Source: Candidatus Thermosaccharophagus gerlachensis (lineage in GTDB: Bacteria; Armatimonadota; Fervidibacteria; Fervidibacterales; Thermosaccharophagaceae). From it: a stretch of DNA of 64,000 bases. This document shows positions 17,024-28,200 of the stretch, one piece after another. Under the pieces are notes generated by a model. That model saw only the letters and a list, made by a program, of their open reading frames with translations. It was not told the origin of the DNA and made no database searches. Both the position numbers and the translations under genes were made by a program. The first letter of the stretch is position 1, and each line of letters starts with the position of its first letter. The stretch is taken from the NCBI GenBank assembly GCA_041538025.1, contig JBGOEV010000004.1, forward strand, positions 18,161 to 82,160, written 5' to 3'.

Positions 17024-18934
17024 GTGGGTGAGGAAATAATAGAGGATTGTGTTTCGCTTTACGTGATTCACCTCGCACAGCATGTGCTGTTGAACTCCGG
17101 TGGACCTTTGCACACGCATGAGATAGTTGAAAAGCTCTCCGACAAGATCATCATTTCCCCTGAATACTTGCGAAGACATCTACGTGATAGTGATATCTTT
17201 GTCTTTCACAGGCGTCGTTGGGAGTTGCGGTGGCGCTATGAAGCAAGAGAGGCATCTCTTGAAGGTATCGTTAGCAGTTTGCTATCATCGTTAGGCTATC
17301 CAGTCTCTATCCACGAAATCTGCAAATGGCTCTCTGAGGCTGGCAAGGGAGAGGTAAGCGTGCTCACCGATAGGTTGTTAGGGTTGCTGAAGAGCAGGAC
17401 AGGGACATTTTGGGAAATCAGTGAGGGCAAGTTCGGTTTGCGTTCTTGGTTAATTGATACAAGTGGCGCAGATGAAAACAGCGTGATCGCAGATAGTTTC
17501 TTTGGGCGTGAGGAGGAAATAAATGATTTGCTTAGGAGAGTTGATGAGTTGGCGATTGACTTTAGCCTGCCTTTGAGTGATGTGTGTCAAAGGTTGATTG
17601 ATGGTCTATCAAAGCCGTTATCACATAGCGAGATAACGCTCATCTGTTGGCGAGGTTTGAACTATAAGCCAACAGCTGAGGAAGTGTTGCGTGAGTTGTT
17701 TAATGCCCCAAACCTGCATGTTCTATCGCCCGGGTATTGGTGCACTGACATGCTCATTGAAAAGATGCATCATCTTGTCGAGGAGGGAGCATTGAAGGAA
17801 AGGGAAATATTGGCACGCAAGTTTGCAGACATAGACAAGGTGCTTAAGAGAGCCGAATCTCTACTCTCCCGTCAAAAAGCGCCATCACCCATCCCCATCA
17901 CCTCCGAAGACTGGGACGATATGTTGGATTGGTTGAAAGGAAGGGGAGCTCCAGCTCGCATTGATGTCATACTCTTCGAGGCGTTTGAGCTTGATCATAG
18001 GGATAGAGCATATCTGCCAACGCTGTATGAGCTTGAAAACAGATTGAGCAAAGATGCTCGTCTCGTCAATCTTGGAAACCACATGTGGTGGTTCAAGGAA
18101 GCTTTACCTAAACACATAGGCTCAATACCTGATGAGCTACTTCCGAAAACACTAAAAGTGGAAGGGGCGCTTGAAAGGGGCACATTTGACGTTGAATTGC
18201 CAGATGAGGCGCTTGAGCCCGATTTAGTGCGTTGGGTCAATGAACCAGAATACGAGGATGTTGGTGAACCAGTCAAGCTTCAAATCGCTCCAAAGGAGAA
18301 ACGCTCAACCATTATACCGATCCCGTATCACCACATAGTTGCTGGGACGATGAAGCTACGGGAAGTTGATAAGCCTATGTTTGGTGACGAAGCTAAACTG
18401 CAGTATTACATCGCTACAGATGAACACGGATTTGAGTTTCCAGTTTGGGTGAACATGGAAACGGGTTTGATGTTCGGCTTCAAAGAGTGGTATGAGCAAC
18501 GAGGGATCGGTGCTGGCGCATTGATCAAACTTGAGGTAGTGCGAGGTGCAGGGAAGCTCAAGCTCGCATGGAATAAGAAATATGACAGGTATCTTCATTT
18601 GCCATCCGGGAGGGTTAATCAACTTTTAAGTTACGCTCGCCAAGAGGCTGTGGCAAGGGCAACAGTGGTTGAACTTATGCAATCTATCATAATGCCTTTC
18701 TACGAAGACGGTGTCCATTTTTTGCGTCTTTGGGCTGAGGTAAACTTTTTGCGCAGGACAAGTAAGCGCTTGATAGCTTCAATCTTGAGCCTCTATGCGT
18801 GCTTTATTAGACACCCTCAGAAGGAAGGATACTGGTTGTATGAGTATGAGCGGAGCGCTGAGGGCATAAGGCGGGAGAAGAGGAGGCTCGTTGAAAGGCT
18901 CATCCGTCAGGCGGGAGCTGAAGGGAAGACTTGA
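17024..18934 (+). CDS. Hypothetical protein with repeated winged-helix-like modules
   Basis: 636-aa ORF with RBS-compatible spacing between rimO and xylB. Recurrent helix-P-helix...F/L-x5-6-W units. No catalytic motif recognised. Confidence 0.8.
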   Translation: MGEEIIEDCVSLYVIHLAQHVLLNSGGPLHTHEIVEKLSDKIIISPEYLRRHLRDSDIFVFHRRRWELRWRYEAREASLEGIVSSLLSSLGYPVSIHEICKWLSEAGKGEVSVLTDRLLGLLKSRTGTFWEISEGKFGLRSWLIDTSGADENSVIADSFFGREEEINDLLRRVDELAIDFSLPLSDVCQRLIDGLSKPLSHSEITLICWRGLNYKPTAEEVLRELFNAPNLHVLSPGYWCTDMLIEKMHHLVEEGALKEREILARKFADIDKVLKRAESLLSRQKAPSPIPITSEDWDDMLDWLKGRGAPARIDVILFEAFELDHRDRAYLPTLYELENRLSKDARLVNLGNHMWWFKEALPKHIGSIPDELLPKTLKVEGALERGTFDVELPDEALEPDLVRWVNEPEYEDVGEPVKLQIAPKEKRSTIIPIPYHHIVAGTMKLREVDKPMFGDEAKLQYYIATDEHGFEFPVWVNMETGLMFGFKEWYEQRGIGAGALIKLEVVRGAGKLKLAWNKKYDRYLHLPSGRVNQLLSYARQEAVARATVVELMQSIIMPFYEDGVHFLRLWAEVNFLRRTSKRLIASILSLYACFIRHPQKEGYWLYEYERSAEGIRREKRRLVERLIRQAGAEGKT

Positions 18935-18951
18935 TAGCTTGAGGAGGTGAG

Positions 18952-20631
18952 TTGCCGATGGATGCCTTCTTAGGTATTGATGTTGGCACTCAGAGTGTTA
19001 AAGGGTGCGCTGTTGACTCAAATGGGGAACTGCTTGCGGAGGCAAGCACAGAATACCCGCTATACATTCCGCAACCTGGATGGACGGAACAGTCACCACA
19101 CGAAATGCACAAAGCTGCTTTTGAGACGATAAGTAAGCTGGTGAAGGCTTTAAGCAATATGCAGCCACAATACACGGTAAGAGCCGTTTGCCTAACAGGG
19201 CAAATGCACACAATGATCTTGCTTGACGAAAAAAAGGAAGCTCTTGGTGTTGCTCTCCTGTGGAATGATGGTAGGGCTGCAAAGGAAGCTCAAGAGGGTG
19301 CACAACTCCTTAGGGAAAAGTTAGGGGAAAGATTTTTGGTTGATGTCATCTGCAATGACTTCCTTGCTAACTGGACAGGTGCGCACTTGCTTTATGTTAA
19401 GAGGCGATGGGAAGAGTGGAAGGCTGGGAGAAGCGATTATGAAGCACAGCGTTGGGGCGAAGCGTGGGAGAAAGCTCGCTTCTTCCTCACACCAAGGGAC
19501 TACATCGTCCTCAAGCTTTGCCATGAGTTAGCCATGGATTACTGTGGTGGTTCTGAGACATCCCTGTTAGACATACCTTCAAAGCGATGGGCAAAGGAGG
19601 CTTTTGAAGCCCTCGGAATTGAAAAGCTAACGCCACCACCATTGTTTGAACCGGGGTCGGTTATAGGCAAGGTTGTGAAGGAAGTCAGTGAGGAAACTGG
19701 TCTCAAAGAAGGTGTTGCAGTTATTGCGGGTGCTGGTGACTGTCTTGCAGGCGCGCTTGCTGGTGGAGTCCTTGACGTTGGGCAAATGCTTTTTACGCTT
19801 GGCACAAGCGGAGTTGCAGTTGCGCCTATAGGTCAAAAGCCACTTGTTGATCCGCAATTGAGAACGCAAGTCCATTATTCAACAGTCCCGAATGTGCTTG
19901 TTAATATGGGCTGTGTTAATGGTGCTGGAATAGGTTTGAGGATGTATCGCGATGTGCTTGCTGACACATACAGGGGTGCAGCCCAAAAGCTTGGCGTTGA
20001 CCCATATGAGTTGCTAACGAGGAGAGCAGCACAGGTGCCACCGGGTTCAAACGGCGTTATGTTCTCACCATACTTGACTGGTGATAGGCTCGTCAAAGCA
20101 CCCGAAGGGAAAGGATGTTGGTATGGCATATCGGCATACTTGCTTGAGCCACAAAGTAACGGTGATGCGTGTCTCATAAGGGCGATACTTGAAGGAGTGT
20201 GCTTTGCTGTCAGGGACGCAATTGAAATAATCAAGGGCTTGCTACCAAGTGGCACTGAGCTGAAAGAGATAAGAATGGTCGGTGGTGGCGCAAGGAGCGA
20301 TTTTTGGGTTCAACTTGCTGCCGACATATTTGGGCAAGCTGTTTGCACGACTACCGCAAGGGATGCTTCTTACGGGATGGCGCTACTCGCAGCAGTTGGT
20401 GCGGGTGTCCTTTCAATTCGTGACGCTGCTGAGAAGATAAAGATCGTGAAGCGCTTTGAACCAAGAGAGCCAATAGCAAGGTTCTATGAGAGGCTTTATA
20501 GGGAGGTATATCACGGGCATTATGATAAAAGCCAGCGTGAGATTGATGAGGCTATGAACGCTTTAATGAAGAGCGAGGAGTATCGTGAGGCTTTGTCGTT
20601 TTGGAGCAAATGCGAGGGTAAAGGCATCTGA
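18952..20631 (+). CDS. xylB: FGGY-family carbohydrate kinase, xylulokinase-like
   Basis: LGIDVGTQSVK, TGQMH, LWNDGR, GAGD, LGTSG, PYLTGDR, VGGGARS. Confidence 0.8.
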   Translation: MPMDAFLGIDVGTQSVKGCAVDSNGELLAEASTEYPLYIPQPGWTEQSPHEMHKAAFETISKLVKALSNMQPQYTVRAVCLTGQMHTMILLDEKKEALGVALLWNDGRAAKEAQEGAQLLREKLGERFLVDVICNDFLANWTGAHLLYVKRRWEEWKAGRSDYEAQRWGEAWEKARFFLTPRDYIVLKLCHELAMDYCGGSETSLLDIPSKRWAKEAFEALGIEKLTPPPLFEPGSVIGKVVKEVSEETGLKEGVAVIAGAGDCLAGALAGGVLDVGQMLFTLGTSGVAVAPIGQKPLVDPQLRTQVHYSTVPNVLVNMGCVNGAGIGLRMYRDVLADTYRGAAQKLGVDPYELLTRRAAQVPPGSNGVMFSPYLTGDRLVKAPEGKGCWYGISAYLLEPQSNGDACLIRAILEGVCFAVRDAIEIIKGLLPSGTELKEIRMVGGGARSDFWVQLAADIFGQAVCTTTARDASYGMALLAAVGAGVLSIRDAAEKIKIVKRFEPREPIARFYERLYREVYHGHYDKSQREIDEAMNALMKSEEYREALSFWSKCEGKGI

Positions 20632-20648
20632 GTCTACTGGGGGTAGTA

Positions 20649-21638
20649 GTGATGTTGGAGAGGGTTGCAGCGGAATTGAGCGATGTTTACATTGGTCACG
20701 TTAGTGATGAGGAGGCATGCACTGGTTGCACCGTCCTTCTGTTTCCGAATGGAGCAGTTGGAGGTGTTGACATACGAGGGAGTGCGTCAGGAACATTAGG
20801 CGTTGATACTTTGGGCTTACTCCATTTGGTGCCACTCGTTCATGGGCTTGTCTTTACTGGCGGAAGCGCTTTCGGGCTTGAAACAGTATTTGGAGTGATG
20901 AGGTGGCTCGAAGAAAAAGGTATAGGATTTGATGTCGGTGTGACAAAAGTTCCGATCGCTTGCGGTGCGGTTATATTTGACCTCAATGTTGGCTCTCATA
21001 AGGTCCGTCCAAATGCGGAGTGGGGTTATAGAGCTTGCAATAGTGCTGTCCCATTGAGGGATGGTTTGCTACAGGGCAACATAGGAGCTGGTATGGGTGC
21101 ATCGGTTGGTAAAGTTCTTGGTATGGGTTATGCGATGAAAAGTGGGCTTGGTTTGTCTTGTGTTGAGCTCCCGGGCAGGATCTGCATTTTTGCCTTAGCG
21201 GTTGTGAATGCTTGGGGTGATGTAGTTAACTGGCGCACTGGCGAGGTAGTAGCAGGTGCCTATGACCGCTTGAGGAGAAGCTTCGTCATCTCAACGGAGA
21301 TCGTGAAGGAGAAGGGCGGTATCGGTTTTGCTGGCGCGGGTGTGCCAAATTGCACGACACTTGTAGGTGTCCTTACAAACGCATACCTTGAGAAATGGCA
21401 AGCAACAAAACTTGCACAGGTAGCGCAAAACGGTATAGCGCTCTCGGTTCGCCCAGCGCATACGATGTTTGATGGTGATGTCACGTTTGCGTTCTCTGTT
21501 GGTAATCTCGTTGCCAACATCAATTCACTTTGCACAGCTGTTGTTGAAGCTGTTGCTCAAGCAATCCTTAATGCAGTGCTGTATGCTAAAGGTATTCACG
21601 ATTTGCCAGCTGTGAGCGACATAAGAAGTAGAAGTTGA
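20649..21638 (+). CDS. P1 family (S58, DmpA/ArgJ-like) peptidase
   Basis: TGCTVLL, GGSAFGL, VPIACGAVIFDL, GAGMGA, VVNAWGDV, PAHTMFDGD. Confidence 0.88.
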   Translation: MMLERVAAELSDVYIGHVSDEEACTGCTVLLFPNGAVGGVDIRGSASGTLGVDTLGLLHLVPLVHGLVFTGGSAFGLETVFGVMRWLEEKGIGFDVGVTKVPIACGAVIFDLNVGSHKVRPNAEWGYRACNSAVPLRDGLLQGNIGAGMGASVGKVLGMGYAMKSGLGLSCVELPGRICIFALAVVNAWGDVVNWRTGEVVAGAYDRLRRSFVISTEIVKEKGGIGFAGAGVPNCTTLVGVLTNAYLEKWQATKLAQVAQNGIALSVRPAHTMFDGDVTFAFSVGNLVANINSLCTAVVEAVAQAILNAVLYAKGIHDLPAVSDIRSRS

Positions 21639-21657
21639 GGGAATTGATTCAATCGCT

Positions 21658-22689
21658 TCATCCAGTAAGCTGTTGCGAGGTTGAAATCCTCCTGAGGCAC
21701 TGGAGAAGGCGTTCCATATCATGTGGCATCCGTGCAGTGACCCTTAACTCGTGGTCAAATACAGGGTGGCGAAACTTTACTTCGTTTGCGTGAAGCATCT
21801 GTCCGTTCAATCCTTTGAGCAATTTAAGTAGTTCCTCGTTGTGCATCTTCGTGGCGATCGCAAGGGCTCTTCTTCTGCCATTATACTTAGCATCTCCGAC
21901 AATGGGATGGTTCAAATAAGCAGCGTGCACCCTTATTTGGTGTGTTCGCCCCGTGAGCATGAGCGCTTCAACGAGCGCGAATTCACCGTAACGCTCCATA
22001 ACCGAAAAATGAGTTTCAGCGTGCTTACCGCTGTGTTCAATGACTGCCATCCTTTGCCTGTTCTTCCTATCCCTACCGAGTGGTGCACTGAGATGCATTT
22101 CTTGCCACTGCGGGTTCCCAACAACAACAGCCAAGTAGCGTTTCTCAATGCTCCTATTCGCAAATTGCTGTTGTAAGACGAGGTGTGCTTCATCCGTCTT
22201 GGCTATAATGAGGCACCCAGAGGTATCCTTATCAAGGCGATGAACTATTCCGAGGCGCTTTTCACCAGCGACCTTTGATAGCCTATACCCTTTAGCCAAA
22301 AGGGCATGCATCAAAGTCGGCTCAGAGGTCGTATGGCTTGGGTGAACTACAATGCCCCTTGGCTTATTCACAACCAAGATATGCTCATCCTCATAAAGGA
22401 CATCAATCTGCATTTGGCTCGCCAGAGCCAGTAAGCGCTCATCAACCTCGCCTTTTGGCTCGGGCACGATTTCAACTTCAACGATGTCGCCCTCCTTCAC
22501 GATATAACTTGCTTTCTTTGTCTCACCGTTTACCAAGACCTTGCCACAGTCAACAAGAGCCTTCGCCTTTGAGCGTGAAAGGCTCGGTATTAGAGCATGG
22601 ATGAATGCATCCAACCTACCACCATCATGCACCCATGTCACATATAGGCGGTGGATAATCCTCTCAGGTTGCTCTTTATTTTTCCACAT
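21658..22689 (-). CDS. rluD: RluA-family pseudouridine synthase with S4 domain (RluD-like)
   Basis: S4 N-terminus, VNKPRGIVVHP, GIVHRLDKDTSG, TGRTHQIRVH, PIVGDAKY. Confidence 0.92.
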   Translation of the reverse strand: MWKNKEQPERIIHRLYVTWVHDGGRLDAFIHALIPSLSRSKAKALVDCGKVLVNGETKKASYIVKEGDIVEVEIVPEPKGEVDERLLALASQMQIDVLYEDEHILVVNKPRGIVVHPSHTTSEPTLMHALLAKGYRLSKVAGEKRLGIVHRLDKDTSGCLIIAKTDEAHLVLQQQFANRSIEKRYLAVVVGNPQWQEMHLSAPLGRDRKNRQRMAVIEHSGKHAETHFSVMERYGEFALVEALMLTGRTHQIRVHAAYLNHPIVGDAKYNGRRRALAIATKMHNEELLKLLKGLNGQMLHANEVKFRHPVFDHELRVTARMPHDMERLLQCLRRISTSQQLTG

Positions 22690-22705
22690 TGCTCCTCTTA
22701 CAGCT

Positions 22706-23203
22706 TCATTTGCTGGCGACTCTTCTCCTGATGAAGTTGATCAGCCCACCCTCTTCAAATATCTGGCGAACGAACCCTGGAAACGGTTTTGCCTTGTGCT
22801 CCGTTCCTTTGGTGATATTTCGTATGATGCCACTTTCAAGGTCGCACTCAATCAAATCACCCTCTTCAGCCTCTTCAACTGCGCTTTCGCACTCAAGTAT
22901 TGGCAAGCCTATGTTTATCGCGTTCCTGTAGAATATGCGTGCAAACGACTTCGCTATCACGCAACTTATCCCAGCGCCTTTTATTGCCAAAGGTGCATGT
23001 TCCCTTGAGCTACCGCAACCAAAGTTTTCGCCAGCAACTATCACATCACCTTGCGATACACGAGAGGCAAACTCTGGGTCTATAGCTTCCATGCAGTGTT
23101 TCCCGAGTTCTTTTTCGTCCATCGTCACAAGATAGCGAGCTGGTATGATGACATCGGTATCAATATTGTCACCGAACTTGTGGACTCTCCCACGGAGCTT
23201 CAT
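22706..23203 (-). CDS. leuD: 3-isopropylmalate dehydratase small subunit (type 2)
   Basis: [43 protein letters not shown]. Confidence 0.92.
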   Translation of the reverse strand: MKLRGRVHKFGDNIDTDVIIPARYLVTMDEKELGKHCMEAIDPEFASRVSQGDVIVAGENFGCGSSREHAPLAIKGAGISCVIAKSFARIFYRNAINIGLPILECESAVEEAEEGDLIECDLESGIIRNITKGTEHKAKPFPGFVRQIFEEGGLINFIRRRVASK

Positions 23204-23228
23204 CTCATAATCACCTCAGCATTTGTGC

Positions 23229-24239
23229 TCAAACCCACCTGAATGCTATGATTGTGCGCCATCTTTCATCAAACCTGTATAGTCCTGCCTCGGACGCGAC
23301 TTTGACGGCTTCTTCATACTCACGCCTCGTTATTCGTCTGTTGATCTCTGGATACGACATTGCGTTGACCAGACCTGCAGGGTAATACTGAGCCATGATG
23401 TTGATAAAGGTATGCCTTGAGACTTCCTCAGCGAGGAAGCGAGCTATCTGGCGCGTCTCATCAACGCATCCGGGCATGACAAGATGACGCACAAGCAACC
23501 CTCTCAAGGCAATCCCATTCTCATCAAACATAAGGTCACCAACTTGCTTATGCATCTCTTTGATAGCTACCTTAGCCACATCTGGGTAATCCTCAACCCG
23601 CAAGTATCTTTTGGCTTTTTCCTTCGTCCAGAATTTGAAGTCAGGCATGTAGATGTCAAAGACGCCATCAAGTAGCTTTATAGTCTCAAGGGAGTCATAA
23701 CCACCCGTGTTGTAAACGAGTGGCAACTTTAACCCTTTCTCAATCGCTATGAGGAGTGCTTCAAGTATTTGTGGGACAACATGTGAAGGCGTTACAAAGT
23801 TGATGTTGTGACAGCCAATCTCTTGAAGCTCGAGCATCATCTCCGCGAGCCTTTGAGCTGAAACAGCTCTACCGTTACCCAAGTGACTTATGTCAAAGTT
23901 CTGGCAGAAGACGCATTTCAAATTGCACTGGCAAAAGAAGATTGTCCCAGAGCCACGCCAACCCCTCAGGCAGTCCTCTTCACCGAAGTGCGCAAAGTAG
24001 CTTGAGACCACAGAGAGCCTGCCAGTCTTGCAGAAGCCGACCTCATCTTTTAGCCTGTTAACTTTACATCTCCTTGGGCAGACTGTGCATGCTTCAAGCA
24101 TCTTCAATGCTTCTTCAACTTTCGTTGCAAGCAAGCCATCCCTATAGCTGCGCAAATATGCGGGCTCAAAATCGCTCCCGCGAATGATAAAGCCTTCATA
24201 CGATTTTGGAAGTTGCGCTCCCATTTCGTTACCCATCAC
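23229..24239 (-). CDS. PflX-like radical SAM protein
   Basis: CTVCPRRC, HFGEE, GSGTIFF, CNLKCVFCQN, YMPDFK, LVRHLVMPG. Confidence 0.88.
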   Translation of the reverse strand: MMGNEMGAQLPKSYEGFIIRGSDFEPAYLRSYRDGLLATKVEEALKMLEACTVCPRRCKVNRLKDEVGFCKTGRLSVVSSYFAHFGEEDCLRGWRGSGTIFFCQCNLKCVFCQNFDISHLGNGRAVSAQRLAEMMLELQEIGCHNINFVTPSHVVPQILEALLIAIEKGLKLPLVYNTGGYDSLETIKLLDGVFDIYMPDFKFWTKEKAKRYLRVEDYPDVAKVAIKEMHKQVGDLMFDENGIALRGLLVRHLVMPGCVDETRQIARFLAEEVSRHTFINIMAQYYPAGLVNAMSYPEINRRITRREYEEAVKVASEAGLYRFDERWRTIIAFRWV

Positions 24240-24292
24240 CCTCCCACTTTTAAGCTCAATTCACTTTAAGCCAACGATATACCCTCTAACAT

Positions 24293-25192
24293 TCATTTTG
24301 TGCTCTCAGTTGTGTCATGTGCTTTCACTTCTTCTTTGAGCTGCTTCAACCGAGCCTTGGCTGATTCCAAGAGATGCCTATACATGGTTGAATGCACAAG
24401 CCTCGGTGAATGCCTCAAAAACTCTACGAGGGAAGACACTGCTTCCTTGTAGTTCCGCTTCTCCTCATAGAGCTTTGCCATATGCAACCTCGCCAAGAGT
24501 GCCTCATCGCTGTTCGGATAGCGCTTGATGAGCAGTTTATAATGTTCAAGCGCCTTGTCAACTTTGTTTAGCTTTGAGAGCAGTTTAGCGTATGCCAAAA
24601 GCGCTTTTGGAGCATCTTGCGCTGTCGGGTGCTGCTCAAAAGCTTTCCTATAGGCATTCCCCGCATCTCCGTTCATCCCAGCCTTCTCATAGCACTCGCC
24701 AGCGCGATATAGAGCCGTCGCACACAAGTTCTCATCAGATGAGCAACTTTTGGCTGCATGCAAATAGCTATTGGCAGCTCCCCTCCAATCCTTCATGTTG
24801 GCGTAGCAATCGCCAATGGCTATCAGCGCCTTAACTTTCATAGCCTCGTCTTTCAACCCATCAAGTGATAGCCTAAGTTGGGCAAGCGCATCTGCATACC
24901 GTTTCTGTTCAATGAGCAACATTCCAAGTTCATACCTTGCCTGCGGTGCATACCGGCTGTTCGGAAAAGACTTCAACCCTTTGCGATACCATTCCTCGGC
25001 TCTTCTGTAGTCACCAACCTTCGCGTATGCTCTTGCACGGTAAAACTCATCAAGCGGTGTTAACTGAATCACCAGCAAGCCAATAACTAAAAGCAAACCC
25101 ACAAGCAACCCTACGCTAACAATGTGCGAGATTATCCACATCGCCAGCCGAACGAGTATACGCAGGAGCGTGAACATGTTTTGCTCACCCAC
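24293..25192 (-). CDS. Membrane-anchored TPR protein (CpoB/BamD-like repeats)
   Basis: N-terminal hydrophobic helix. TPR units ending FPNS, HPTA, YPNS. Confidence 0.8.
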   Translation of the reverse strand: MGEQNMFTLLRILVRLAMWIISHIVSVGLLVGLLLVIGLLVIQLTPLDEFYRARAYAKVGDYRRAEEWYRKGLKSFPNSRYAPQARYELGMLLIEQKRYADALAQLRLSLDGLKDEAMKVKALIAIGDCYANMKDWRGAANSYLHAAKSCSSDENLCATALYRAGECYEKAGMNGDAGNAYRKAFEQHPTAQDAPKALLAYAKLLSKLNKVDKALEHYKLLIKRYPNSDEALLARLHMAKLYEEKRNYKEAVSSLVEFLRHSPRLVHSTMYRHLLESAKARLKQLKEEVKAHDTTESTK

Positions 25193-25282
25193 TGGGATGA
25201 GGTTGGAAAGACATAGACCTTTACCTTGGCTAATTTCTCAAACGGGATCGGCTTGAGCAAGGAAAGGTAACTATAACTTCAA

Positions 25283-28200
25283 TCAACGCAAGCCAGATTG
25301 CTCCAAACGCTGTATATGTTCCTGTAGAAAAGTTGTAAGTTCGCCACATGTAAGTGGCTTGAGCAGAATAGGCACACCTACATTCTGCGCCTCCAAAGTT
25401 AGGCTACTTAGTATGTCGCCCGTAAGGAAAACAACCCTCTTTGCTTGCTCTGGTGAGCGCTCCTTTAGCATTTCGTATAGGCGTATGCCGTTTATATGTG
25501 GCATCCGTATGTCAAGCAGGATGATATCAAAGAATTCTTCATCAACGAGCTTAAGGGCTTCCCTTGGATCCGTCGTTGAAGCCACTTCATAACCGTATTT
25601 GCTCAATGCTTGTTCAATGAGCGTGCATATTGGCGCTTCATCATCAACGACGAGTATTTTACTACCGTGATGGCTTGGCGTTTCGCTTTTTTCTTCCTCG
25701 CCCTGCGGTGTAACGTGTTCATGTGCTATCGGCAATATCACCTCAAACTTTGCCCCTTTGCCTTCTTCGCTCCAGACATTGATCTTGCCACCCATCTCCT
25801 TGACATACTTGTGGACTATTGAGAGACCTAATCCAGTTCCCCTGCCAAGCGGTTTTGTGGTGAAGAATGGGTCAAATATTTTCTCCATCATGTCACGTGG
25901 TATGCCAGGTCCATCGTCTTCAACTTCAATTGCTACGTGTTTTTCATCAACACAGCGTAGCCTCACCTTTATCTTTGAGCCTTTCCCAGAGAGCTCAATC
26001 GCATCCTTTGAGTTTAAAACCAAGTTAAGCACAATCTGTTGTATCACTGCTTGATTAGCGAGGACCGTCGGCATCTTCTCATCGTATTCTCGCTCAAGGT
26101 TTATGCCTACTATAGCCAACTGTGATGCAATGAGCTCGAGCGCCTGATCGGTAACTGCTTGTAGGTCAATCAATTTAGGTTCTGTGTGCTCGCTTATACC
26201 GCGTGAGAAGGAAAGAAGTTTGTGAGTTATATCTCTTGCGCGCAACCCAGCATTGTATATCCTCATCAAATCCCCGCGCACTTCCTCTGGCAAGTCGCAT
26301 CGCTCAAGTTGCAATTCAGCATATCCAATTATTGCGGTAAGCGGGTTGTTTATCTCATGCGCAACACCAGAAGCCAGCTCTCCAATTGATGCCAGCCGTT
26401 GAGTGAGCGTTATTTCCATTTCGTGCATCTTCTGGTCAGTTATGTCCCTTATGGAGACAACATAAAACTGCTTCCATTCACCCTCTGCAATCCATCTTGA
26501 AAGCCTGATGCTATACCATCTGCCGTTGTGAGTGGCTTCCGAGGCGAGCACCCGCTTTTCTTCATCCACCCTCGGTATAAGCTTATCCACACCAATCGCT
26601 TTGAGTGCTTCTTTTTCATCCTCCGAAATTGCGGCAAGTATCTCCTTTGCGACGCTGGTAATTGCGATGATGTTGCCATCTCTATCGGCGATGAGAATCC
26701 CCTCTTCCAACGCCTCAAGAGCTGTTACGAAACGAGCTTTCTCCTCAAGCTTAAAGCTAATCATGTTGCCCAACATTATTTCAACCTGCTCAATAAGCGA
26801 TGAGAGGAATTCTTTATCGTCATCATCAAGTTGCTGATACACGTTACATGCAAGCCCAATAGTCCCAATAACATCTTCGCCAACTTGCAATACCCATGTT
26901 TGTATCCCGATCTCTCCCGAACCATCCCTACCGTTGCTATCTCGCATGATGTTGATTTTCACCTTTGTCAAATCTACCTTCTCATTTACAGCTCTCTCAT
27001 AGCTTAGGACAAGCTGAGTTGCAAAGATGTTAATCCCCTCATCACTCACCCCATGCGATGCCATCAACGATATGAGTAAGTTTTCTTCAAAGTTAGTGAG
27101 CACCCCGAAGAGGGGGCATGGCAGCATGCCATACGCTACGGTTACGGTCTTATTGAGGATGTCTCTTATGTCATCAAACATTTGGACACTCTGAGCCAGT
27201 TCGTATAGCGCCCTGAGGCGAGCTGTGCGTTCTTCAACGAGTTCCTCAAGGCGCTCGTTCATACTCTTGAGGCGTTCGCAAGAAGTCCTTAAATCCTCAA
27301 AGAGTTTTGAACGCTGAATTGCAATACCAAGTTCGCTCCCTATGGCTTCAAATGTGGATAGCTCATCCTTTGCCCAATCAACCTTTTCATAGTATGACAG
27401 TGCGATAACGCCATAGACTGTATTGTGAGCCTTCATGGGTGCAAAAACACTACAGCGCAACCCCTTACGGATGAAGAGGTCACGATGCTCCGAAGTTGAT
27501 GTAAGGTAGTTGACGATGCTTGGCTTTAAGGTTTTCGCTACAGTCCCAACATTGCCAACACCATAACTCAGCTCTTTAATTGCCTCCGCAAAGTCTTCCG
27601 TTATCCCTTTGTATTTAACTAATCTCAGCGTGCCATCTCTATCAAGCAAGTAAATACGCCCCACTGGTGCACCGAATGTCTCCATTGTCACTTCAAGCCC
27701 TCGTTCAAGTATCGTATCAAGGTCTGTAAGCTCGCTGAGCGCTGACACAACATGGCATATAGCTCCAAGACGCTTGTTCAACTTCTGTTGTATCTTGCGT
27801 TGCTCAACCTCTTTACTTATGTCCTTTGCGGTAACAACGATGAGCTTTGCTCCAGCGACTTTAATCTCGCTTACACTGACGATGACGGGTATGAGAGCCT
27901 TTGTTTTCGTCCTCAAATGCGTTTCTCCATTCTGTGGTAGTTCTTCATCAACGAACAGCTCCCTCAAGCTAAGCTGTAATAATTCCTCAGAGCCATACCC
28001 AGCAAGCTTTTGCACTGCATCGTTTATGTAAACTAACTTCCCAGACGCATCAGCTATAAGGATGAGGTCTGGCATATTCTCAACAAGGTTGTAGAGCCAA
28101 TAAAGCCAAGAGCTTAAACGGTGGTGTGTTAGGGCAGCCAAAAGGAATGTGGCTACAACCGCTATAACAAGAGCAGCAGTGGTTGGTCGCATGTGCAGGT

